DNA from: Octopus vulgaris
Lineage: Eukaryota
Direction of reading: 5' to 3'
Length of the DNA stretch: 64,000 nt
Assembly (NCBI GenBank): GCA_951406725.2
Contig: OX597817.1
Span: forward strand, 61,380,001 to 61,444,000
Positions 53,381 to 64,000 of this stretch are shown here, one piece after another; the first letter of the stretch is position 1; each line of letters opens with the position of its first letter. The notes under the pieces were generated by a model that made no database searches, was not told the origin of the DNA, and saw only the letters and a list, made by a program, of their open reading frames with translations. The position numbers and the translations under genes were made by a program.

Positions 53381-54799
53381 GTACATCGCAGTGCCAGCAG
53401 TCGAGGAATTAACCTAATATCAATGGTTATCCAGCACGTAATTGGATAATCTCCGAGCGATGCTTAAGTGGCTAACTTTAATGGTTTATTCAATATAATC
53501 CACCCCTGGATTATGTCTGTGTTTAAATGAGATGATAAAAGTGCAAGGAACCTACATTAACATTCTTAACAGATTTGCTTATTAATTTTATCTGTGAAAT
53601 TAAGAATTTCAGTTTTCTGTTGTGGTTTCAAGTTCAGTCCATCTCCGTGACATCTTCGGCAAGTATTTTCTACCATATCTCCCAGACGACAAAACCATTG
53701 GGAGTGGAATTTCTTGACTGAAAACTATGTAGAAAGATGTCAGATGAATCATTCTTGTTTCAAAGGAAATAGAATTAAATGGTTCAGTTTAATATCACAA
53801 TTGAAATCAATGGTTGGCTATATTTTCCATGGTCAACCAAAAGCCTTTCCAAAACAAATACAAACATTCACCTTCTTTCTACGTATTTGTGAGTCATGTA
53901 ACTTTTCCCCCGTTTTTTTATATCGCCCCACTTTCCTCTCTCCTTACCTCTTGCCCCATAACCACTTCTCCAATTTATTTGTCATACAGCCTGTCCTTCA
54001 AATAATCTAGTCCTGCTACTAACTTTTATCAACCTTCCCCTTTCTTCTCCATTACCTTATTCACTCTACTTCCTGCGACGCACACTAACCTATTCCCTTG
54101 CTTTTCTTTGAACGACTTTTCCCATATTTCTTACTATTCTTTCTGGGGTTTTTTTCTTTTACTGAAGAAAAACAAATGTCCGAAGCGTAGTATTTTTCAT
54201 TCCTCAAATTATCATACAAACATTTATGTATAAACTCTTCCGACAAACACGCCCAATAATTTCCTCAAATGTTTCGATCTGAGTTTGTTTTTAAGGAGGT
54301 CACTATATAGAATGTTCTTGAAATGCAAAAGCAAAGGCTGGACAAAGATGGAATGCTTTTTATCTTCTTGGCGATGACATAACATCAAGCTAAAAAAACA
54401 GCAACCACTGATTGTGGTCTTCTGAATTGCTAGTTAACCCCTGAACAGTCTAAATCCATCAGAATTATGATCAAATATATTCCAGCTGACATCCTCGCTG
54501 CTTCCTTTCCAGACAGGGAAGGTTTCTCTTTGCGCATGCTCATCTCTCTTTTTATCTTCTCTCACTGTTATTTCTTCGTAGTTTTTTGAAAATATTTTAG
54601 CAGTTTTTTTTTTTCCTTTATCATGTTTCGACGTAATCGAACCCCTTACTGAGGGCCATAACAATGTGTATATCAGACTGGAATTACAACACTTCCTAAT
54701 CGCGCACCAAAACTTCTGGAAAGACACAGACACTTTGAAAATACTTTGAAAATACCAATACCCAAAAAAGAAGTGAAACTGGTTATTACTCTTTTGAAA

Positions 54800-55670
54800 G
54801 GGATGCGCTGGCAGAATCGTTAATGTGCTAGACAAAACGCTTGGCGGCATTTTTTCCGTCTCTTTACGTTCTGCGTTCAAATTCCACCGAGATTAGCTTT
54901 GATGTTTTTATCATCATAATCATCTTCAACTCCTTAGTATCACTGCCTCGAGTCCCTAGAGACCATGGGGCCGGTTACGCGGTTTCCATGGCGTCAAAAG
55001 TGACTGAGATCGCAACATTCCCCCTAAACGCCGCAGAGTTACTGATTTGCTGCTGAGTGGACTGGAGCGGCGTGAAATGAAGTGTCTTGCTGAAGAACAC
55101 AACGCATCACTCGATCCGGGAATCGAAAGCACGATCTTGTAAACGTGATTGCAACACTCTAACAAGTAGACCATTCGCATTCAGTTTTCGTCCTTTTGGG
55201 GTCGATAAGATAAGTATTAGTTAAACGACCTATCCCTCCCTTAAGATTGCAGGCCTTGTGCCTGAAATTCAAAATCATTATTTGTGATTTGGAACAAAAA
55301 CCATTTTTGCAACGCTCTAACGATTCCACCGTTCTAGATTTCTAAATTAATCCAGGTAGTTTTCAATAACCTTCGCCAGAGATATAGGGTTCTGTTCTTT
55401 TCTCAAAGAGCCAGATACCCGGTTTCTATAGTGTATAAGCGACCAAGATTACAACATTACCTCTGAACAGGTAACCAGTTCATTGCAAGGGGCCAAATCG
55501 CTTACATCGATCCCAGCACTCGACTGTTCTTTTATTTCATCGACCACAAAGGGATTAAAGGCATAGTTGGCATGTGCTGGATTTGAACTGAGAACGTAAA
55601 ATGCGGGGGACGAAATGCGTAGAGGCATTTTATCCGACGTCGTATGAACGATCCTGCCAGCTCGCCGCCT
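54800..55670. mobile_element. Cluster of nested diverged SINEs (family A on +, CORE-like on -, family A on -)
   Basis: A family A head at 54803-54900 resumes at ~55185-55280, interrupted by a CORE-like SINE (GTGTCTTGCTGAAGAACACAACGC). A reverse family A copy lies at 55495-55670. Confidence 0.7.
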
Positions 55671-57363
55671 TAGTTTAGGTCCTTTGATTTCAGTTGAAGA
55701 TCTTTGTCTGTCAAACTAAAGAAACACTCGTAAATTATACCACACAGTCGCTATTTGCAGCGAATACTTACACCTCCGAATGATACCTAATTATAGTTAA
55801 GTGGTGTGAGTCATTGAGAGTTAAGAACCTCTAACGTGGAAAGCAGCCAGTAAAGAACAATTATGAAACACTATTAAATGTGTTTGCCAAGTTACGCAAT
55901 GCGTTTCTGTTGTAATACTGTGTTGTCTAATATCGGTTGTACTCCTGAATATTACAAATATCTATCGTCTTCACCTGCAGGAGAGGACAGGAAAATTAAC
56001 TTTGCAAGAGTTGAATGCAAACTCCTGATATACCAAACAGTATGAATAAATACACTTCCAGTCCAACTGTCTCTCAATTGAAATAATTAAAGATGAGACG
56101 TTTGGTGTGGTTGATTAGGCATTTGGGTTCTCGATCATAAAGTTGTAAGTTCAATTCTTGGTCCGGAAATTACATTGATAACTATTCTCCAGTTTTCAAC
56201 TCTGGGCTGTCTTTTCTACTTCTCTCCAGTCGGATCCCTGTTTTTCAATTTTCCCATCAGCTTTTGCTGCATCGTGTCGTCTGTTTCGCTAAGAGAAGGC
56301 CTTCCCCTTCCAGGTTTTGCTGGTTTTAGAATTGTCATTGATGCTTCTGTAACTTTGATTTTTTATTCGGTCGGATTGTTGGCCCTCTTCAAACCCGATT
56401 TAACCTCAAGGAGGAGGTGATTCATATTACTCTGGCCCCCATCCTTTGATTTATCTAGCATGATAAAAAGGATATATGTATTTGCATTGGGACCCCTTCG
56501 CATCGATGACTGGTGATTGTCGTGCGCTAACGACAGGTAAATATGCAGAAACCCGGGTTTGTGCGTATCACGTCTGGTCGACGATGGGAAGGATGGCTTC
56601 CCTTTGAAAATAATGATAGGGCACAGAAAGTGTGTCAATAGCCAGCTGGAGATGATGTTCTCTTGGGGCTACAAGCTACAGTAGCATCCACCCTTAGTGG
56701 TTAGCCACATTTAAGTGGTAAATATACTTCACATTGTCGTGCAGCTACTGTTTATACCTCGTTCAAATATTTATTATATATATATATACAAATATACACG
56801 TATACACAAATACGTATACAGACTCGTATGTGCATCCTTACATTTAATTGTACATGCAGCTATATACATTTTTAGCGAAAATATTTCGCATTTGTTAGGG
56901 GCTACGTCTTTATAAATACATTAACACACACACACACATTCATACACACATAGATACCACTTTGCAAATGATTTCCAGCAACGAGAGTGTATTTCAGTTT
57001 CTCTTCTTAGTGTATTGTATTTAGAAGTAAATAAAAACAAAAGAAAAAACAGTAACGAAGAAACGAAATAAATAAATATAGAAAGAAAGAAAGAAAAAAC
57101 ATGTTTGAAGAGAAGACGTCTTTATAGACTCTTGAGTGAAATGATATTAAAATATGCACCACTAATCTTTTTCTAATAAATTTCTAGCCTCCTTATGTAA
57201 TGCAATGCCGTAGTATTTTCATCACATACCACTAGGTTGCGCGCATTCTCGTAAAAGTTACATGTACACGTATTGTCTATTGACGCTTACGTACGGAAAC
57301 AAACAAATATACATACATAAACATATGGGTATGTGTATATATATACACACACACACATGTGCA

Positions 57364-57441
<78 letters not shown>

Positions 57442-57600
57442 TATACAGCACCACATGTGAGCGTACACTTCTATGCAAAAGACTTAAAAGTGTGTTTTAT
57501 TTCTTTTTTCTCTTTTACATTCCCCCAAACCGAAATAGAAAGGAAATGTATTTATAAATTTGAAAATATAAACACCTTGCCTTTCCTGCGTTGTTGTAAA

Positions 57601-57659
57601 TCAATTCTACGAAGATCGATTCTACGAAGATCGATTCTACGAAGATCGATTCTACGAAA
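57601..57659. repeat. Minisatellite, 15-bp unit TCGATTCTACGAAGA x4
   Basis: Direct reading. Confidence 0.95.
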
Positions 57660-57791
57660 ACAGAGTGAAATGCTTTAATCGAAGATCAAACGGGTATCAA
57701 AGCTTGAAACCTCCGACCATTATCAGTCTTTTAGGGCAATTTTTCTGAATATTCTATTTAACAAAGGCTTATAAGAAAAATGTAAAGATAC

Positions 57792-58475
57792 AGGCATGAT
57801 TGTATGGTAAGAAGTTTGATTCCCAACTACATGGTTTCAGGTTCGGTCCCACTCCGAGCCACTTTGGGCCAAATGTTTTCTATTATAGTCTCAAGACAAC
57901 CAAAGCATTTTGGGTGGATTTGGTAGATGGAAAGTGGAAGAAACCCGTCGTATATATACACATATATATGTGTATATATGTATGAATGTTTGTATTTGTG
58001 TCTATGTTTGTTCCCTACGATCGTTTGACAACCGGGATTGGTGTGTTTACGACCCCGTATCTTTGCAGTTCAGCAAAAGTGGACCGACAGAATAAGTACC
58101 AAGCTTTAAAAAATATACTGGAGTTGATTCATTTCATTAAAATTACTTGAAGGCGGTGCCCCAGCATGGCCGCAATCTTATGACTGAAACAAGTAAAATG
58201 TATGGCTAAGTGATTAAGAAGATTGCTTTGCAACCATGTGGTTTCGGGTTCAGTCCCACCGAGCGACACTTTGGGCGAATGTCATCTACTATTGACCGCG
58301 GGCCAAACAATAACATGAGTAAATTTGGTAGATGGAAACTGTGTTGAAGCCCGTCATGTATGTGTATGTATGTATGTATGTATGTATGTATGTGTATGTG
58401 TGTGTGTCTTTGTGTCTGTGTCTGACCCACTACCACCACTTGACAACCGGCGTTGGTTCGGTTACTTCTCCGTAA
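57792..58475 (+). mobile_element. Two tandem diverged SINE family B copies
   Basis: GGTTCGGTCCCAC/GGTTCAGTCCCAC B boxes, GATTTGGTAGATGGAAA and GCCCCAGCATGGCCGCA. Confidence 0.85.
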
Positions 58476-58608
58476 ACGATGAAAAAGATTCCACAGAATA
58501 TAAAAGGAGACTTTTCACATTTAAATATTTTTAAAGCTTATCGTGTGTGTGTGTACGTAAGTATGTTGGTGCAAAGAGGGAAAACAGAACTCAAAATATA
58601 TGTATATT

Positions 58609-59400
58609 TGGGGCTAATGCAGTTTCGTACCTCTCCTTGAAAAACGCATTTTTTGGAAAACATTTTTTTCGGATTCCTACGTTCTAGATGTCGGAGAATA
58701 CGAATATGCACAAAAAAAATTAATTTCACCCCACCTCTTCGCCCCCCCCCCCCCTTAAAATTTTTAATTTTGTGTACTTTAAAGAGATCGTAGCGAATTG
58801 ACGAACATGTGCAAATCGAAATTAAATACAGACAAAAAACAGAATTTGCGTCGTTTTACTTGTGTTTACCTTAAATAATCGTAAATAATAATGTCATATA
58901 AATTAAATATGCACCACATCCCCATGTGAGCCATTTTATGAAAAACAAACATTAATATTTAATAATTAATGTTATGAAGTTTAATAAGGGGCTCAAATTT
59001 TAAATTTTGAACTTTTTCTTGTCTATTTATCCCTATCCGTTTATTCATAAAATATATCTGTCAACTAAATGTGGCGGTCCTATAGAAGACGGTGTTATTG
59101 TTGTTTTTAGCCCCAGGAAGACATTCCTATCTATCTTTATACACCTATCTATATGCTTATTGAATTTAAAAGTTTCAAAACATGCTTTCTTGCATATTCG
59201 GAATCTCCGTCATCTAAAACATAGGGAAAGAATTTCGAAAAAGTTCAAAATTTTAAACGGGAGTAGGTGGTTGTGGGGTCTTTTTTTTTTTTTTTTGCAT
59301 ATTCGTAATCTCCGAAATATCAAACATAGGAATCTGAAGAAAAAAAGCTTTTCAAAAGAATGCATTTTTCAAGGAGAGATGCGAAACTGCATTAGCCCCG
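58609..59400. mobile_element. MITE with ~130-bp TIRs
   Basis: GGGGCTAATGCAGTTTCG...CTCTCCTTGAAAAA pairs with TTTTTCAAGGAGAGATGCGAAACTGCATTAGCCCC, with TA on the right flank. Confidence 0.9.
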
Positions 59401-60566
59401 TATATTTTTATTAATATTTAGTAGAAGCAACAGAGTGACTCAAGATCCGCGAGTTTCGTGTGTGGACACTTATCAAATTAGTTACAGGTTGAAGGTCTGC
59501 GTGTTTATATAGCTGTTGATAAACAAACAAGTATGGAATATTCTAGAACGAATTCTAATAATATCGCGTGGATAACTCCAAAAATTCAAAAGTTTGCTCG
59601 TTATGTCGTTCGACAAGAAAATACATGAAGAAATAAGAAAGAAACAAAGAGAGAGAAAAAAAGAAAAACAAAAGAATATTGTGTGTGACATTATATACGC
59701 ATTCACATACATATACACACACATGCGAAGCTAAACATATCAAAACGAAACAAACCCCACAAAATTCTCACAATCATATAAACGAGAGAAAGGGCACATG
59801 AATTTGGTAATGGGTTTGCATGCACAAAGACAAAACAGAATGCGTGTGTGTGTGTGTGTGTGTATTTGCCATTCGCCGTCACTTGACAACCGGTGTTGGT
59901 TTGTTTAGATAGAATAATAATAGAATAAGAAAGCAGACTTAAAATAACTGGAGTCGATTTGTTCGACTAAAAATTCTTCAAGGCGGTGCCCCGGCATGGC
60001 CGCAATCCAATGACTGAAAGAAGTAAAAGATTAAAGATAAAAAATGGCGAATTCGAGGGACACATACGCTACGAGATGCAGAAGATCCCCAAACTGAAGG
60101 ATACATCTTTAGAAACAAACTGGAAATCCTGTGAAATAGTCTTAGTTTAAGAATGTTTCGGCCAACATCACACAACGTTGCCCTTAATTAACTTCCACCC
60201 ACCCAACAACAACAACAACAACAACAACAAAACTATTAATACCCCCAAAATAAACAGTTTGGTTGTTTATTCTTTAGTATTTATTTAATTCTTTGTTTCA
60301 GTATTATAATTCTTTACGTAAGTGATGACATGTCATCATTTATGACGCCCATTAAAATGTCGACTTCTTTATTTAGCGCATCTCATATAAAAAACATCTC
60401 CATTTTATCTGTTTTATTACGGAAGCATCTGATTGTGGTAATTAATTTTGACCATGGTTTCCCTTTTAACATTTCTTTTATAGTTCGTTATCTTATCATG
60501 TTTCTCGTGCTTATTGTGAGTGTGTGTATGTGTGTGTGTGGATATATTTCGTGAAAGGAGAGAGGG

Positions 60567-60607
<41 letters not shown>

Positions 60608-60864
60608 TTAGATAGATGCGCGTGTATAATGCATATGTGTCTAAATACAAACGAATACATAACTGTGCTTACATATACAACCACACAAATATACGTGTGC
60701 ATGTATGTAGGTAAATGAACACACTATTTAATATACATTCCTCTACTAAAATACACACGCGCGTGCGCGCGTATGTATGTGTCTATATATACAAATACTA
60801 TTAATATGCTTTTGCAATAGCGTACATATGCACTCACATACTAAAATAAACGCATAAGTGTGCA

Positions 60865-60933
<69 letters not shown>

Positions 60934-61525
60934 AGAGAGAGAGAAATGGCTTGCTGGCAAAATGCTTTGCAAGCCAAAGCAACATGCTTACTGGAATTTT
61001 TTCAGACTTCACGTTTCGTTTTCAAATTACGTTGAGGCCGACTTTACTCTTTATCCTTTCGAGGTTGGCGAAATAAGCGCCAGTCGTGTACTAGGGGTCC
61101 AATGTAATCGAGTAGCCCTATGCCTCAAAACTTCAGCTCTTGTACTTATAACAGAAAGTGCGTGTGTGTTGAGAATGTTGTTTTAAAGCAGTCTTAAATA
61201 TAACAAGCGACCATTTGCGAGTGTATGACCCTGTTCTGAGAATACAATAAAATTTGGCATATGTGTGGTTTGAAGGAGATTTTTGTTGTCCCTCTCAAGA
61301 TGTTCAGTTTCTCACGCTGACCGATACAAACATATTTACATACTACAGTTGCTAATAGGATACGCTTGGAGGGTGACTTGGCTATTATTTCTTGCAGATA
61401 GAGCTACCACATATAGATCTCCCTTGTTAGCTTACATATATTTATATACATAAATACTGACATACATACATACATACATACATACATACATACATACATA
61501 CATACATACATACATACATACATAC

Positions 61526-62082
61526 AGGGTGGCTGCCCCCTCGTTATCGACTATATGGCCATTGCACGAAGCTTAATCAATGTTGTTATCATGCAATGCC
61601 TGTGCAAGAAGATTTTTTTTTAAAGTGAGGAAAGGCTGTGCACTGAGTCAATCCTACTCACTAAGCAACAGCAACCATAATCCAAAAAGAAGAACAAGTC
61701 AACATCATCGGTAACCACTGAGCCGCAGGTCTTTTGTCGGAGTTATCCCAGTTAACTGAGTTACCTTCTCCTAGAAGGATGCCCTAACAAAGGCTAGGAG
61801 TCCTTCACTCCCAATGGTTTAACTGCGCGATCGGGTATTCAGTCCGATTATTTCCATGTCCCCTGTGCATGATACAGCTTTAAGACATTTATTTGATGGC
61901 CGTTGACTCTCAAGAGTTCCTCCGCCCTTTGACGGGTTTTGTTTTTCATCCCGCATGGTGTCCAATAAACACCCTCCTCACCAAGCAAGCTTGGTGGGTT
62001 GCCAGTTTAGTCGCCGACGACCCGACGATGCAACAGGTTGTACTGGGTTACATATTACCAGTAGCACTCGAAAGTGACCTGA
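61526..62082 (-). mobile_element. Non-autonomous RTE-derived-like retroelement, copy 2
   Basis: Highly similar to 21577-22079. Its 5' end GTCAGGTCACT is shared with the RTE at 49657, and (CATA)n lies on both sides. Confidence 0.75.
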
Positions 62083-62115
62083 CATACATACATACATATA
62101 TACATACATACATAT

Positions 62116-62146
<31 letters not shown>

Positions 62147-62235
62147 CATACATACATACATACATACATACATACATACATACATACATACATACATACA
62201 TACATACATACATACATACATACATACATACATAA

Positions 62236-62870
62236 GCTATCACCCACTTCATAAGCAGATGTCCGAAAATGACATCATGGCATTATCTACCGATGAAACA
62301 TAACGTTGTAGCAAGGGCACTCTATAATGAAGTACGTCGGAAGAATAACCCCGAGGACAAAGAAACAAGAACCTACAATATGGTAGAAGCCATAGCCACT
62401 TATAATAAAAAGGAATACTGGTGGAATGTTCCAGTGAAGACCTCAATAAAATGTAAGCACAACAAACATGAAATAATGATTTGGGATAGAGAAGAGAAAC
62501 TGTGCACAGCTGTGGACATTAGCTGCCCAGTGGATGTTGACATAAAGCTGAAGATCAGTAAAAAAGAGTATAACTACACCTAACTATTGATAAATCTACA
62601 GTTACTCTATCCAGACTACAAGTTCAGATTTATACCTTTATTTTTATTAATTATTGGGTCCCTGGGATGTGTAACACATTACCTAAATACTAATCTTGAG
62701 AAATTAGGCCTCTCAAAACCAGAAAGGAGAAAGCTAATTCGAAGACTACAGATCCAATTCATTACTGGAACTGTAAAAATCTGTAAAACTTTCCAGAAGT
62801 TTATCATTTAAATATATATGAGCATGTCTAGATATGCAACTATATGCATGAGAATACATACATAAAGCAA
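62236..62870 (+). mobile_element. RLE-type LINE 3' fragment
   Basis: YLPMKHNVVARALY...KEYWWNVPVKTSIKCKHNKHEIMIWDRE...DISCP. Confidence 0.92.
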
Positions 62871-62924
62871 AACATTCAAATCTGCATACATACACACACA
62901 CATACATACATTCATATATACATA

Positions 62925-64000
62925 AAGCCAGCAGATACAGTATTAAAAGCTGTTAACGAAATTGGTGATGAATATTTACAACAGTGTGATGAACCCACAA
63001 TCTGGCAGATTAACACCTGTCTATATGCGCTGGCTACAACTGTAGAAAATGATATTCAAAAAGTAAACAAAACCGAAATAACGAAGAAAGTACCATCGTG
63101 GGTTTTGAAGACAGAGAAAAAGAAAACTGGTTTACGGAAAACCATCAGTCATGTAACGATGCTTATTGCACGCAAACAGGCAAATCACTAAACGTTCCAC
63201 CAACAGAAAGTAAAGAAGGAGATAGAAAGGACACTCACTTGCAAGCTGATTACCCTAAATCAGAAGAGAATAACCGAGAGAAGAACAATAAACAGAAGAA
63301 TTTAACCACAACCAGCCAGCAGTATTCAGAGACATGAGAGGAGAAGCAGTGAACATCATGGAACCTCCTCCACGAGAAGACATAGATTCCTTCTAGAGGA
63401 ACATCTGGAATGAAGAGGAGTTTAACCGAGATGCTCGTAACTGGAAGAAATCCGAAGAAATTATTGCTCCTGCGTTACATCGAAGACATTGATGGTGAAA
63501 CTCTTGCAACTGTGAGCCAGAAACTCCAGGATGGAAAAGCACCTGAAAGAGAAGTTAACGTTCTACCAACCATATCTTATCAATCTGTACCAGCAAGCTC
63601 TCGTTGGGAACAGTAGCATACCACACTGGTTAGCTCTGGCAGAGACAAAACTGATCCTCAAATGCAGAACCACCCACATGGCAAACAACTACCGGCCAAT
63701 TGCATGCTATAACTTAATGTATAAGAGATATACAGCATGTTTAAACCTCTCCCTCCAGGACCATTGTGAAACCGATAACATTATCACAGCAGCACAAGCA
63801 GCTGAGAAGAAGGGAGTCTGGCGATGTGCTGAGCAATTATTAATCAACAAAAATGTGATGTCGGAGGTGTGCGAGTATAGGAGGAACCTATTTTCAATGT
63901 GGCTAAACTACAAGAAAGCCTTTAACTCTGTTCACCAGTCATGGATGCTAGAAACCTTTCAACTTGCTAAAATTCCAGTGAGCATAGTCAAAGCCATAGT
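62925..64000 (+). mobile_element. RLE-type (R4/Dong-like) LINE, N-terminal and RT region, runs off window
   Basis: 63626 onward reads WLALAETKLILK...NYRPIACYNLMYKRYT...EQLLINK...MWLNYKKAFNSVHQSWM, matching RT domains 1-3 (D.KKAFDSV.H.W). Confidence 0.93.

Noticed and set aside
57601-57659. Repeat array considered as CRISPR-like
   Set aside because: The 15-bp units are contiguous with no spacers, in a eukaryotic context with no cas genes.

Overview
AT-rich, microsatellite-dense eukaryotic DNA. The SINE and LINE repertoire points to a coleoid cephalopod, probably Octopus (inference). No host protein-coding exon can be supported: nearly all ORFs in the track are microsatellite artefacts, and the rest are decayed transposon ORFs. 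These include mariner and Tc1-like transposases, RLE-type (R4/Dong-like), RTE and CR1-like LINEs, and Penelope-like remnants. Also present are a Helitron-type non-autonomous element, a probable solo LTR, MITEs and four tRNA-derived SINE families. The most notable signal is a set of type I hammerhead ribozyme motifs, two with intact catalytic cores and several degenerate. Two sit in near-perfect inverted repeats inside (TA)n arrays (20748-20876, 46196-46665), so both strands carry a hammerhead copy and only one copy is intact. A second pattern is repeated co-location of RTE-derived and RLE-type LINE pieces at (CATA)n arrays.
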